Positions 1 to 10,711 of a DNA stretch of 31,097 nt are shown piece by piece. Position 1 is the stretch's first letter. Each line of letters begins with the position of its first letter. The notes below the pieces were generated by a model, which was given only the letters and a program-made list of their open reading frames with translations, was not told where the DNA came from and made no database searches. The DNA is from a virus (lineage: Duplodnaviria > Caudoviricetes): positions 1 to 31,097 of IMG/VR virus record IMGVR_UViG_3300030372_001056. The stretch is one strand, 5' to 3'. Position numbers and translations under genes: made by a program.

Positions 1-1
1 A

Positions 2-2230
2 TTTGCTAACGAACCAGAGATTGCAAGAGACTGGGCCGATACCTATGGAAGTAGAATTCAGAAAAATACAGGTGGAATATCACAGCTAGTTAAATCAAGT
101 GGCAATGGTAAACGTCCAGGTTATGCTGGATGGGATTATTCAGATGCCGATATGGATATGGGAAGTGGTTATCATGGTAAATCCACACCATCACGTCCAG
201 AACCAAGTAACAACAATCAAGGATATGAAGGATCAGATGCAGCTTGGGCAAATGTTCAATCTCCAGAAAGTTTTAACCCACCGAATCTAGGACCTGATAC
301 AACTACTCAACAAATTATTCAAGGTGGAGAGACATGGCAAGGTAAAACAGATAAACAAGTAAAACAAGCTATTAAGGAAAGACAAAAGACTCAACCCAAA
401 AAAGAAACTAATTGGCAAAATATAAAAGAAACTATTAACCCATTTTCAAGAAAAAAATATTATAATTTAGCAACGATGATTCCTGGTTCTAAAAAAAGAA
501 TTACAGGGATGAGAGCTGAATATGCAAAGTATTTACAAAGCCTTGGCATAAATCCATCTTCAGAATTATTAGATACAGATAATTTATATAGTTTTTTTGA
601 TAAACAAGCTTTTGAAAAAAATTTAAAACCTGATGATTATGGTATGGACGCTCCTATGAGCTATGGAGATTTTATAGCTGAAAGATTTGGTGCACCTGGT
701 GTTAAATATTCAGGTAACGTAGGTCACTTAGAAAAGTATGTTTCTAGTTATGAAAAAAATCCAGATGGAAGTTTTAAATTAACTGCTAAAGGAAATAAAA
801 TTCCGGCTACTTATGGCTACAGAGACAAAAGTGGTAATGCAGAATATGGGCAGGGCAACCAACCAGCTTATATGAGTGACCCTGCTTATCTAGCATTTCT
901 TAGATCTCAACAAGGTGGAACAGGTGATGAAGAAGTTGAAGAAGAAGTAGTGGAAGAAAGCGACGGAATTGCTGGCACTGTTTATCCATATCAATTTTAT
1001 GGTCAACCAGATTATGAAACAAGTGCTACTTTTAAATCTTATTTAGCTAGAGGTGGTAGAGTACCAGCAGCTTTCGGTGGTATCATGGATACAAATACTG
1101 GAAGAAGAGGATATTTTTTAGGTAGTATTGGAGATGCTATTGGAGATGCAGTAGGTAGTGTTGCTAAAGCAGCAGGAAAAGTTTTAAAAAGTCCAATAGG
1201 AATGGCAGCCGCTGGTTATTTTTTAGGTGGTGGTGGAATTGGTTCATTTAAAGGCTGGGGCGGTCAAGGTTTTGGAAAAAGTCCTTTAGCTATGTCTCGT
1301 TTTTTTCAAAAAAATGTAGCAGAAAAAGGAATGCCTTTTAAGGCAGGAGGATTTGATTATTTGAAAGCTTTTACAACTTTATCTCCATTATTAGCATTTA
1401 CTGATCTTGCTAAAGCACCCAAACAAAAATCACTTGGTATGGGTGACAGAGGTGGAAGATTAATTAATCCATTGACAAAAAAAGAAGATACACCACAAGG
1501 AATTCGAACAAGTTTAAATGCAGCTATTGAAGAAGCTGGCGATGATCCAAATAAAATAGCAGATATCAATGCAGCGTTTCCTTTTTTAAATTTAGGAATT
1601 CCAGTACCTTATGAAAAGTATGCAGTAGCTAAAGATGGTGGAAGAATAGGTTATGCAGGTGGTGGAAATGGAAACCCATTACCTGAAGATCCAACAAAAC
1701 CAATTAATCCTTTTGCACCAAAACCAACAGGACCAGTATTACCTAATAAAATGATGGCAGGTGGTATTGAAATGGATTCTAATAATGAAATTATGGAAAG
1801 AATTATAGATGATCTAATGGAAGCAAATCCAAGTTTGTCTATTGAAGAAGCTATAGAAGAAGCAAAAAAAATATTTGATCAAATGGCTAGTAGACCAATG
1901 CCACGACCAAATAGAATAATGGCTCAAGAAGGTGGGCTCATGGACCTTGGAGGCATGGAAAAAGACTATAGAAATGAAGGAGGCTTTGTCGCTTTAGGTG
2001 GAGAAGAAAGAGCTGACGATGTACCTGCAAGATTATCTAGAAATGAATTCGTTTTCACAGCAGATGCTGTAAGAGGAGCAGGTGGTGGAGACATTGACAA
2101 AGGTGCAGAAATCATGGAAAACGTGATGAAGAACCTAGAGCAAGGCGGACAAATATCAGAAGAAACACAAGGAAACACTGGCGCTCAGGAGATGTTTAGT
2201 GTATCAGAGAGAATAGGAGAAGTATTATAA
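2..2230 (+). CDS. Large Gly/Pro-rich putative virion-internal protein, 5'-truncated by the window edge
   Basis: Frame 2 is open from base 2 (FANEPEIARDWADTYGSRIQKNTGG...) into the 152..2230 ORF, so the true start lies upstream of the window. It carries repeated x-x-G-G motifs and a C-terminal DDVPARLSRNEFVFTADAV motif similar to the SDSIPAxLSxGE(F/Y)V motif of phage tape-measure/internal proteins. Confidence 0.7.
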   Translation, partial: FANEPEIARDWADTYGSRIQKNTGGISQLVKSSGNGKRPGYAGWDYSDADMDMGSGYHGKSTPSRPEPSNNNQGYEGSDAAWANVQSPESFNPPNLGPDTTTQQIIQGGETWQGKTDKQVKQAIKERQKTQPKKETNWQNIKETINPFSRKKYYNLATMIPGSKKRITGMRAEYAKYLQSLGINPSSELLDTDNLYSFFDKQAFEKNLKPDDYGMDAPMSYGDFIAERFGAPGVKYSGNVGHLEKYVSSYEKNPDGSFKLTAKGNKIPATYGYRDKSGNAEYGQGNQPAYMSDPAYLAFLRSQQGGTGDEEVEEEVVEESDGIAGTVYPYQFYGQPDYETSATFKSYLARGGRVPAAFGGIMDTNTGRRGYFLGSIGDAIGDAVGSVAKAAGKVLKSPIGMAAAGYFLGGGGIGSFKGWGGQGFGKSPLAMSRFFQKNVAEKGMPFKAGGFDYLKAFTTLSPLLAFTDLAKAPKQKSLGMGDRGGRLINPLTKKEDTPQGIRTSLNAAIEEAGDDPNKIADINAAFPFLNLGIPVPYEKYAVAKDGGRIGYAGGGNGNPLPEDPTKPINPFAPKPTGPVLPNKMMAGGIEMDSNNEIMERIIDDLMEANPSLSIEEAIEEAKKIFDQMASRPMPRPNRIMAQEGGLMDLGGMEKDYRNEGGFVALGGEERADDVPARLSRNEFVFTADAVRGAGGGDIDKGAEIMENVMKNLEQGGQISEETQGNTGAQEMFSVSERIGEVL

Positions 2231-2231
2231 A

Positions 2232-3116
2232 ATGGCAATAACAGAATCAAGAGCATTACCCCCACAGTTTGTAGAAGATCTAGGTAAAGATTACGCAACG
2301 CAGTTAACAGGTTTAACGTCGCAAGCTTTAGATACAACAAAATTTCAACCATCCGTAGCAGCGCAAGACCAAGCGCAAAAAGATGCTTACACTATGGCTA
2401 CAACGGCTGGTCAAGGTATAGGAGCTTATGCACCATATTTAACACAAGCTGGACAATATCAAACAGGTACAGGAACGTTTGCAGGTTTACCTACAAACAT
2501 GATGGGTGCACAAGACTTAACAGGTCCTCAAGCATACCAACAATTTATGTCTCCGTATCAACAGCAGGTTATTGATGCAACATTACAAGGTTTTGATAAA
2601 CAAAGACAAAAAGATTTAACTGGAATGGGGTTGATGGCAGCGCAATCTGGAAACTTAGGTGGTGGTAGAGAGGGTGTAATGAGATCAGAATATCAAACAC
2701 AATCTAATTTAGATAGAGCTGCACTAGAAGCACAATTAAGACAACAGAATTTCATGCAAGCTCAACAAGGAGCACAAACAGCATTTGGACAAATGCAACA
2801 ATTAGGGGCCGACCAACAAAGAATGGCTCAACTAATGCCACAATTACGTGGACAAGACATTCAATCGTTGGGTCAAGCGGGCGCGTCTCAACAAGCATAT
2901 CAGCAAGCGGTTCTTGATCAACAAAGAGAAGCGAATAGAATGGCTGCGTACGAACCTTATGAAAGACTTGGATACTTCGGTACAGGTATCGGTGGTCTAT
3001 TTGGTAGTGCAATGGGTCAGTATCAATCACAAGTAACACCAAACCAATCGCCGTTGCAACAGGCGTTAGGTATAGCATCAATGGGATTAGGAGCTTACAA
3101 GGCACTTAATAATTAA
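2232..3116 (+). CDS. Gln/Gly/Ala-rich putative DNA ejection (pilot/internal virion) protein
   Basis: 294 aa, Q/A/G-rich helical composition, YQQFMSPYQQQVID motif, Gly-rich amphipathic C-terminus; GGAG RBS upstream; typical position among podovirus internal proteins. Confidence 0.6.
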   Translation: MAITESRALPPQFVEDLGKDYATQLTGLTSQALDTTKFQPSVAAQDQAQKDAYTMATTAGQGIGAYAPYLTQAGQYQTGTGTFAGLPTNMMGAQDLTGPQAYQQFMSPYQQQVIDATLQGFDKQRQKDLTGMGLMAAQSGNLGGGREGVMRSEYQTQSNLDRAALEAQLRQQNFMQAQQGAQTAFGQMQQLGADQQRMAQLMPQLRGQDIQSLGQAGASQQAYQQAVLDQQREANRMAAYEPYERLGYFGTGIGGLFGSAMGQYQSQVTPNQSPLQQALGIASMGLGAYKALNN

Positions 3117-3117
3117 T

Positions 3118-4074
3118 ATGTTTAATAGAACTTTACAAAGACCAATGTTTAGAATCGGCGGTTCTGCTGGCACAGGGATTACAACTGGGTTACGTAGACA
3201 AGGATATAAAGGAACAGGTGATCCTGCTGATCAAAATGTTAAACTACAAAGTGATGTAGAAGTTTTAAAATCTCTTCAAGGAGATATACCAAAACGTGAA
3301 CCATATCCTTATAAAGCTTCAGATTTTTTTATGGGACTAGGTTCAGGGATATTAGCACAACCAGGAGGACAACCTATATTTCAAACAATAGGTAAAGCAT
3401 CACAAGGTCCAATTGAGCAGTTAAGTAAAACTCAAATGGCAAGTTGGGGTCAAGGACAAGACGATAAAATACGTCAATGGCAAAGTGATAGAGATCTTTT
3501 ATTAACAGCTTATAAAAATATGAGTCAAGATGAAAAAGATAAATTATGGACAACAGCTAAAGGATACCATTTAAACAAAGGAATAAATCCTGAAACAGGA
3601 GAACCATTTAAAACTCCACAAGAAGCTTACAATTTATTACTTAAAGAAAAATTTACTATGTTTAGAAAAGATCAAAGTCCAGAGGAGACTGCAAGAGAAG
3701 AGCTAATAAGAAAAGAAAAATTATTAGCCAAAGATATAGATACAATTCAAAGACAATACGAGTTAGGAAAACCAGATGCTAAAAAATTAAGTATATTTAT
3801 GGAAGATGTAATAAATAATAAATATAAACTTCCTGCCGGCGGTTCTGGAGGTGCAGGTCGTAAGTGGCATATTGAACCGGACGATGTTGCAAGAGCAGAT
3901 AATCCAGAAGATAAAAGACTTGCCATAAGAAATTATGATCCTGACAAAGAGGATTATGAAGATGGCACAATTTATTTAGATTTTAGAAGTAATATAGTAT
4001 ACGTTAAAGATGGACAATTCTTTATTCCGTATGATGACTACATGGCAGAGACTATAGATATAACAGAAGAGTAG
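3118..4074 (+). CDS. Putative internal virion protein
   Basis: 318 aa, tightly coupled to neighbours; N-terminal RPMFRIGGSAGTGITTGL; located between two ejection-type genes. Confidence 0.5.
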   Translation: MFNRTLQRPMFRIGGSAGTGITTGLRRQGYKGTGDPADQNVKLQSDVEVLKSLQGDIPKREPYPYKASDFFMGLGSGILAQPGGQPIFQTIGKASQGPIEQLSKTQMASWGQGQDDKIRQWQSDRDLLLTAYKNMSQDEKDKLWTTAKGYHLNKGINPETGEPFKTPQEAYNLLLKEKFTMFRKDQSPEETAREELIRKEKLLAKDIDTIQRQYELGKPDAKKLSIFMEDVINNKYKLPAGGSGGAGRKWHIEPDDVARADNPEDKRLAIRNYDPDKEDYEDGTIYLDFRSNIVYVKDGQFFIPYDDYMAETIDITEE

Positions 4075-4083
4075 GAGGTATAA

Positions 4084-7000
4084 ATGGTGTTCGGTTTTGA
4101 TCCTCGAAAATTAGTCGACGACGAAAAAAAATTAAAGAAAGAAGAAGTAGTAGAGGCCGTTGATAAACAGTTAAGCTTTGACGAAGTAGTTGAACAAAAT
4201 GAAACTGCTTTAAGAAAAAAAAGCAACATTAAAAATGCTTTAGATAGTGTTAGTCAAATTGTTAGAGAATTTAAATACAGAAAAAAACATGGTGACGATG
4301 CTTACTATGATGAAAAATTAAAACAGGATCCAGATTTTAGAGATCCAAGAAATTACACCGAAGAAGAAAACAAACAATATTATAGAGACGAGATAGCTTC
4401 TATGGAAGGAATGTTATCTGGTGCAAAATTAGATTTTAATACTTATGATACGGTATGGGAAAAAGGCAAAGGACCGACATTAGAATCTGAATACGGTGAC
4501 AAAAAAGAAAAAGAAACTTTTACTGACAACACTACCTTTGGTGGAATGAAAATATCTTCAAAAGGAATTCCTTTTGAAAGTGAAGTAGGTATAACTGAAT
4601 CTATTTATGGAGCTGTGTTATCTGCTGGTATTAAAATTCCAAAAGGTTTTGCTAATCTTGGAGCAATGGTTCTGGATTGGGCTGATGATAGAAATTTACC
4701 TGTTGATAAAGGAAGAGTAGCTCAATTAGAAAATTGGTGGGAACAAACTTTTATTGGTCAAGTTGAAAAATACGCTGAAGAAAAAGCAAGAGAAACCGCA
4801 GTTGGAAAAATAACTGAAACACTTGTTCAATTATATGGTGGGTGGAAAGCTGCTGGAAAATATGCAGATCAATTAACTACTACTGCATTTAAAATGTACA
4901 ACAAAGCAATCAATGGTATTAGACAAGGTAAATATATTAAGACGGCTGGAAATAAAGAAGCATATAAACTAGCTCAAGAAGTTTCTAAATGGAATAAGTT
5001 ATCAGGCAAACAAAAGTTTGCGGGTGTTTTTGTAGGTGGTGCAGTAACTGGTGGTGTTGTTTATGATGCAGAAAACATTGGAACCTTTGGAGATTTATTT
5101 TTTGATGAAGGAGAACTTACAGCTTTAGACAGAGATGGTAGAGAGTCAGCTCAAGAAGATGCAACAAGAATGTTATACAACAAACTTAAGTTTGCAGGAG
5201 AGATGGGTTTCCCAATCATTCCAGCTATCATAGGTGCCGGTAAAGTGGGTAAAAGTATTACAAGCGGTGTTATGAAGAGAGCAGCTAATGCTTCTAAGTT
5301 TGATAAGTTTGTAGATAAATATGTAGCAAGACCTTTAAGATCTAGAGGACCATTTCCTGAAGAAGAGTTCCAAGCTATTCAAAGATTAGAAGGAAAAAAA
5401 TCTTCAGCTAATTTAATGGCTACAGATTACTTAAGAAACTTTGATCAAATTGTAAAAAATATTTCTAAGTATTCTCAATCAGCTGCCAATAAATCTGGCA
5501 TGACTAATGAATTATCAGACTTAATTGTTAATACTATTTTGAAAGGTAAACTAGGACTGAAAGGAAACAAAGTAGTTGTTAAAGGTATTGAACCTAAAGT
5601 AGCAGATGATTTTTATACAGCATTAACTAAAAAATTAAATGTATCAAAAGAAGATGCATTAAAATTAGTACAAGAACTAACTAATGTTCACAGTTCCTGG
5701 GCTAATTTTTTAAATTTAGTTGTTAAAGGTAAGAACTTAAATGTTTCAGCAAAAGAATTTGTAGCATTAATGAAAGAAAGAATCAGAGATACTTTATCTA
5801 CTGAATATAAAATATTTAAAGATAATGGTCTAAGACCAGTCTCAGAATATGCTCCATCAAATGATGTTATAACAGAAGTGGCTGATATATTTGTAAGAAG
5901 TGCAAGAGCTAATCGTAAAAAATTAAATCCAGATGATGCAATGTTAATTGTAAAAGATATTGTTAAGAATGTTCGACTAGATCCGGATACAGCAACACCT
6001 ATTTTTAAATATGAAGCAGCAGATTTTGCTAAAGAGAAAGCTTTAATTACTAAGAATATTGCAGAAAATATTACAGGGGGTGGTAAGTTTAAGCCAGATA
6101 AAAAAGGTGGATTAATCCAAACTAAAAAAGATTTAGATGCTTTTAACAACTTATTTGGTAATTATAAAAACGCTAACAGAATTATAGCTAATGTAACCAC
6201 GGACCTTGCAGAAATTGCAGCAAGAGATAGATTTTATAATGTAATTAAAACTGCGTCTGATGATATGATTAAACGTGGTGAAAAAGGAATTGTATATCCT
6301 ACTTATAATGCTGCTAGAAAAGCATTTGGTTTAGATGAAAAATTAGTAGATGCTAGTAGAGGATTACAGCTCCCACAAAAACTGGGTGAAAAAGCATACA
6401 CAGTTCCTATCAATAATATGTATACAACTGAAGCCATTGCTCAAGGTTTAAAGTTTGGTGCATTAAATAGTTTAGGAAGTATTACAAAAAATGCAGTTTA
6501 TCAGTACGCAGTTATGATACCTAAAGGATTAATTCAAGCTGGTAAAACAGTGGGTGGCCCTTTTACACATGCTAGAAACTTTTCATCAGGTGCAGTGACA
6601 ACTGGAGCTTTAGGTAATATATCTTTAGCTGCAACTAATCCATTATTTGTTTTAAAATCTTTAAAGTCTGCTTTTAATACTTTGCAACCACAAATTTTAT
6701 ATCGAAATAAACCAGGTGCAAGACCAATGAATGAATATAAAAACATTGATGATTATGCTGACGCATTAAGAGGAGAAGCTGGTCAATCTTTATATAGATT
6801 TTTATTAGATGAAGGAATGGTTAACGCCAGTGCCATCTACAGAGATGTTATTGGACTAATTGAAGACACAGCTAAGACAGGGTTTCTCCAGAAGATGTGG
6901 AGAAAACTTGGTAATAAAACTCAGAAGTTTTTAAAAGGTGCACAAGATATGTACATTGCTGAAGATGACATCTGGAAAATATTTAATTTTTTTGCTGAAG

Positions 7001-8550
7001 ATTTTAAAATTAACAGAGCGTATCAAGCTGCATTAAAATCAGGTAAAATTAAACGTGCTGATCTTCCAAACAGATTAGAAATAATGAAGATGGCAACTAA
7101 GAATGTAAGAGAAATGTTACCCAACTATGCTTACGTTTCTGAATTAGTTCAAGCATCTCGAAGATCCCCAATGGGAAACTTTGTATCATGGCCTGCAGAA
7201 ATTATTAGAACTTCAAATAATATTATGGCAGGAGCTAAAAAAGAAATTAAAAATCCAATTCTTAGAAGAATTGGAATGGAAAGAGCAGTAGGTTTTGCAT
7301 TAACTGTAGGTACTATTGGACCAGCTGCTGTATGGGGAGGCATGCAAGCATATGGGTTTACTAGAGATAAATTAATGGCGTTAAGAGAATTCGTTCCATG
7401 GTTTTCAGAAGACTCTACATTAATACCAGTTTATGAAGATGGTAAATATAAATACATAGATTTTAGTAGAGCATTTTTCTATGACACAGTGACCAATCCT
7501 ATTCAAGCCATGTTTACAGAAATTAATAGAGATGAAGACAGACCTGTTATTCCGGCACTGACAATGGGATTACTTAATGCTTTAGGAAGATTGATTGAAC
7601 CATTTGTATCAGAATCTATTTATGTTGGAGCTATTGCAGATATATACATAAGAGGTGGAAGAACTAAACAAGGATCACAGATATGGAATGACAGAGACTC
7701 TGATGGTGACAAGATATGGAAGTCAATTAAACATGTAACTAGAGTATATGCACCTGGATCTAACGTTCAAATGGAAAGATTATATAAATCTATAACTGGT
7801 AAAACTATTAAAGGAACTCAATATGAAGTAACGGATGAATTGTTAGGATTAATTGGTTTAAGAAAAGCACCATTAGATATTGAAAGATCCCTAGAAATAA
7901 TGATTGGTCAATTTAAAGCAGCGGAAAGAAATGAAAGAGGATTAATTTACGCTGGCACTCTGACCGGTGACCCAGTTGAAGACGACAATAAAATTATTAA
8001 ACAATTTATTTTTGCAAACAAACAAAGATTAGAAACGTTTGAAAAAATGAGAAGACAATATGATGCAGCAAGAACTTTAGGTTATAGTAATAGAAAAATT
8101 AAAGAAATTTTTAAAGCTAGAGGCATGGAACCTTTATATAAATATATAATACAAAATAGATTTAAACCTTTTGGTATTACTGAAGGTATGGAAGACGCTT
8201 ATCAAAGAATTTCTGACAAATATGGAATTAACAATCCATTAACCAGAAGAATAAGAAGCCGAATTAAAAAAATAGAAAATAAATTAAAAAGACAAAAACT
8301 TAATGAAGATTATAGGATTGATGAAGAAAGATATTTATTTGATGAAAAATCTATTATTGATAAAGCTATTGAAATGTTACCGGGTGATAAGCCTAAAGGT
8401 TCTACTTTACCAGAAGGATTTAGTAATCTACCTATGCCAGTGGTAAATAATGCACAAATGGCAATGGCAAAAAACCCACAAACTAACTTGACACGAACAG
8501 AAGAAGCACTACTATCGCCATCAGAAAAAATAATTGCGGGGAGAACGTAA
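4084..8550 (+). CDS. Very large (1488 aa) putative internal virion/DNA-translocation protein
   Basis: AGGAGG RBS at about 4073-4078; long helical protein with Gly/Ala-rich hydrophobic segments; last gene of the structural run before lysis, like the largest podovirus ejection protein. Confidence 0.6.
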   Translation: MVFGFDPRKLVDDEKKLKKEEVVEAVDKQLSFDEVVEQNETALRKKSNIKNALDSVSQIVREFKYRKKHGDDAYYDEKLKQDPDFRDPRNYTEEENKQYYRDEIASMEGMLSGAKLDFNTYDTVWEKGKGPTLESEYGDKKEKETFTDNTTFGGMKISSKGIPFESEVGITESIYGAVLSAGIKIPKGFANLGAMVLDWADDRNLPVDKGRVAQLENWWEQTFIGQVEKYAEEKARETAVGKITETLVQLYGGWKAAGKYADQLTTTAFKMYNKAINGIRQGKYIKTAGNKEAYKLAQEVSKWNKLSGKQKFAGVFVGGAVTGGVVYDAENIGTFGDLFFDEGELTALDRDGRESAQEDATRMLYNKLKFAGEMGFPIIPAIIGAGKVGKSITSGVMKRAANASKFDKFVDKYVARPLRSRGPFPEEEFQAIQRLEGKKSSANLMATDYLRNFDQIVKNISKYSQSAANKSGMTNELSDLIVNTILKGKLGLKGNKVVVKGIEPKVADDFYTALTKKLNVSKEDALKLVQELTNVHSSWANFLNLVVKGKNLNVSAKEFVALMKERIRDTLSTEYKIFKDNGLRPVSEYAPSNDVITEVADIFVRSARANRKKLNPDDAMLIVKDIVKNVRLDPDTATPIFKYEAADFAKEKALITKNIAENITGGGKFKPDKKGGLIQTKKDLDAFNNLFGNYKNANRIIANVTTDLAEIAARDRFYNVIKTASDDMIKRGEKGIVYPTYNAARKAFGLDEKLVDASRGLQLPQKLGEKAYTVPINNMYTTEAIAQGLKFGALNSLGSITKNAVYQYAVMIPKGLIQAGKTVGGPFTHARNFSSGAVTTGALGNISLAATNPLFVLKSLKSAFNTLQPQILYRNKPGARPMNEYKNIDDYADALRGEAGQSLYRFLLDEGMVNASAIYRDVIGLIEDTAKTGFLQKMWRKLGNKTQKFLKGAQDMYIAEDDIWKIFNFFAEDFKINRAYQAALKSGKIKRADLPNRLEIMKMATKNVREMLPNYAYVSELVQASRRSPMGNFVSWPAEIIRTSNNIMAGAKKEIKNPILRRIGMERAVGFALTVGTIGPAAVWGGMQAYGFTRDKLMALREFVPWFSEDSTLIPVYEDGKYKYIDFSRAFFYDTVTNPIQAMFTEINRDEDRPVIPALTMGLLNALGRLIEPFVSESIYVGAIADIYIRGGRTKQGSQIWNDRDSDGDKIWKSIKHVTRVYAPGSNVQMERLYKSITGKTIKGTQYEVTDELLGLIGLRKAPLDIERSLEIMIGQFKAAERNERGLIYAGTLTGDPVEDDNKIIKQFIFANKQRLETFEKMRRQYDAARTLGYSNRKIKEIFKARGMEPLYKYIIQNRFKPFGITEGMEDAYQRISDKYGINNPLTRRIRSRIKKIENKLKRQKLNEDYRIDEERYLFDEKSIIDKAIEMLPGDKPKGSTLPEGFSNLPMPVVNNAQMAMAKNPQTNLTRTEEALLSPSEKIIAGRT

Positions 8551-8741
8551 TGGCTAAAGATAACGCATTGCAAAGAATAGATTCCCATGAGAAGTTATGT
8601 AGAATTATGCAAAAACAAACTCATGATAAAATTCATTCTATTGAAAAACAAATACATAGAATAGAAAGTATTCTATTGGTATCTGTTGGTGCCTTGATCA
8701 CAGGCATGGGATATGTTATATTTACCTTACTCACAAAATAA
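8550..8741 (+). CDS. Small coiled-coil protein with C-terminal TM helix (holin/XhlA-like)
   Basis: 63 aa with C-terminal hydrophobic ILLVSVGALITGMGYVIFTLL; immediately upstream of the peptidase. Confidence 0.5.
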   Translation: MAKDNALQRIDSHEKLCRIMQKQTHDKIHSIEKQIHRIESILLVSVGALITGMGYVIFTLLTK

Positions 8742-8746
8742 AAATC

Positions 8747-9232
8747 ATGCAGCTTAGTAAACATTTTAAACTCGAAGAGATGACCAAGTCGATGACAGCG
8801 ACGCGGAAAGGAATCGACAACTCACCAGGATCTGGTGATATAAAAAATTTAGAAAACGTATGCTACGAAATATTAGAACCAGCTCGTGCACACTTTGACA
8901 AACCAATTACAATTACCAGCGGCTATCGTAGTGAGGCGTTGTGTGAGGCGATCGGCAGCAAAAAGACGTCGCAACATGCAAAGGGCCAAGCGGTTGACTT
9001 TGAAATTGCAGGTGTACCAAATATTCAGATTGCTTACTGGCTACAAAACAACGTAGACTTTGATCAATTAATTTTAGAATTTTATAACCCTGAAGATCCA
9101 GCAGGTGGCTGGGTACACGTTAGCTACAATGAACAAGGTGCTAACAGAAAACAAGTATTAACCTACGACGGGAAATCTTACGAGAACGGCCTTCCAGAGA
9201 TGAAGTGGTCTGGCGGAAAAGTCGTATCTTAA
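8747..9232 (+). CDS. Peptidase M15A family Zn peptidase, putative endolysin
   Basis: LSKHFKLEE start, SGYRS, SQHAKGQAVD (SxHxxGxAxD) and WVHVS zinc-ligand motifs. Confidence 0.88.
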   Translation: MQLSKHFKLEEMTKSMTATRKGIDNSPGSGDIKNLENVCYEILEPARAHFDKPITITSGYRSEALCEAIGSKKTSQHAKGQAVDFEIAGVPNIQIAYWLQNNVDFDQLILEFYNPEDPAGGWVHVSYNEQGANRKQVLTYDGKSYENGLPEMKWSGGKVVS

Positions 9233-9262
9233 AATTTTAGCGCGCCTCGCGTATATATCCTA

Positions 9263-10693
9263 CTAAATCCATGACTTTAATTCTTCTCCTAAAACTTCTG
9301 ATGCTATGTTTATTTTTTTACGGAGAGCTTTTACGATTTTTTCGTCTACGGTCTCGTTACAAATCAAATCTACATATGTTACAGATTTTTGTTGTCCAAT
9401 TCTGTGTGCTCTGTCTTCTGACTGCAGTCTTTTTTCTAAGTCATATCCGTTAGAATAGTATATTACGGTGTTTGCAGCCGTCAGAGTGATGCCATAGCCG
9501 CCCGTAGAGGGCGTTCCAACAATAAACCGACACTTAGGGTCATCCTGAAATTTCTTAATGTTAGATTGCCTTTCATCCTGTGGCGTAAGCCCATAATAGT
9601 CAACAATGGAGCCCGGACCATGGACCTTAACAACTTCTTTAATAATTTCTGTAATATCATATTGATAATGAGCCCAGATAATAGCCTTTCCCTCAGTTTC
9701 TTCTAATACATGCATTAATTCTGTAATCCTGTTATTAGGGAGAGGTTGAGTAGCACCATCATCAGAAGTAAAGTGACCACATGTAATTTGATGTAATCTC
9801 ATTAACTGAGTAAGAGCATTAACTGTTGTGACTTTTTTACCATTAAGTGTAGCCAAAGCTTCTTTTTTCATTTGATCATACACCTTAAATTGATCAGTGC
9901 TTAATTTTATATTTCTTTTCATATAAATTTTATCTGGTAAATCCAGACAATCTTCTTTTAATACTCTGTAAGAAAAAGGTTTTAACTTATCGGATAATTC
10001 ACCTAAATTTTTAAACCCAGCAACTAGTTCAATTTTACGGCCAGATATATTAGCAGTTTTCATAATGGCATATCTCATTCTAAATGAATAATAAGATTCA
10101 TGATTTAAATGAAAAGGATCTAAAAAATAACATTGAGTAAATAAATCTAAAGGATTTTTAGTAACAGGCGAACCTGTCATAATTCTTCTGTATTTAGTTT
10201 GATCAGCTAAAGATATAATATTTTTAGTTCTTTTAGCTTTAGGATTTTTAATCGTAGTGCTTTCATCAATAGCCATTAATGTATTGTGGCAAGATAAAAA
10301 TTTTTCTGCAAACTCCATTCCTTTAGTAGTACTAAAGGCTTCAACATTCATAATTAAAATATGAAGTTCTTCTTCTGGTTCAAAAAGACTATTTAATTTT
10401 TCTTGTTGTGTTTTAGTAATATTAGATTGCCATAATACGGTCACATTTTCAATATGATTAGGTAAGTGATTAGGAAGCTCTTGATTATACCAAGTTCCAA
10501 CCACACCTTTAGGAGCAATAATTAAAGCACCATCAACTTTGCCTTTATCATAAAGCATAGCTAAATTGTCTATTAATACTTTTGTTTTACCTGTACCCAT
10601 TTCCATAAAATAAGCGTAGGTTTCTCTGTTCCATGACTTTTCTAACGCGGTCAATTGGTGCGCGTATGGTTTCATTTTAAATTTATATTTCAT
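9263..10693 (-). CDS. SNF2-family (SF2) helicase
   Basis: EMGTGKT Walker A, IDES Walker B, MTGSP motif III, GGYGITLTAA and QSEDRAHRIGQ motifs V/VI. Confidence 0.93.
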   Translation of the reverse strand: MKYKFKMKPYAHQLTALEKSWNRETYAYFMEMGTGKTKVLIDNLAMLYDKGKVDGALIIAPKGVVGTWYNQELPNHLPNHIENVTVLWQSNITKTQQEKLNSLFEPEEELHILIMNVEAFSTTKGMEFAEKFLSCHNTLMAIDESTTIKNPKAKRTKNIISLADQTKYRRIMTGSPVTKNPLDLFTQCYFLDPFHLNHESYYSFRMRYAIMKTANISGRKIELVAGFKNLGELSDKLKPFSYRVLKEDCLDLPDKIYMKRNIKLSTDQFKVYDQMKKEALATLNGKKVTTVNALTQLMRLHQITCGHFTSDDGATQPLPNNRITELMHVLEETEGKAIIWAHYQYDITEIIKEVVKVHGPGSIVDYYGLTPQDERQSNIKKFQDDPKCRFIVGTPSTGGYGITLTAANTVIYYSNGYDLEKRLQSEDRAHRIGQQKSVTYVDLICNETVDEKIVKALRKKINIASEVLGEELKSWI

Positions 10694-10711
10694 AATTTTT
10701 CTTCTTTCTAG

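Noticed and set aside
1357-8588. Minus-strand ORFs inside the structural genes (1357, 1966, 2752, 4038, 5688, 6534, 7149, 8310) and short alternative-frame plus ORFs
   Set aside because: They are shadows of long plus-strand genes, with no RBS and antisense-typical Ser/Phe/Leu-rich composition.
9240-9252. GCGCG-CCT-CGCGT as a terminator between convergent genes
   Set aside because: Only a 5-bp stem with a 3-nt loop; too weak to call, though the position is suggestive.
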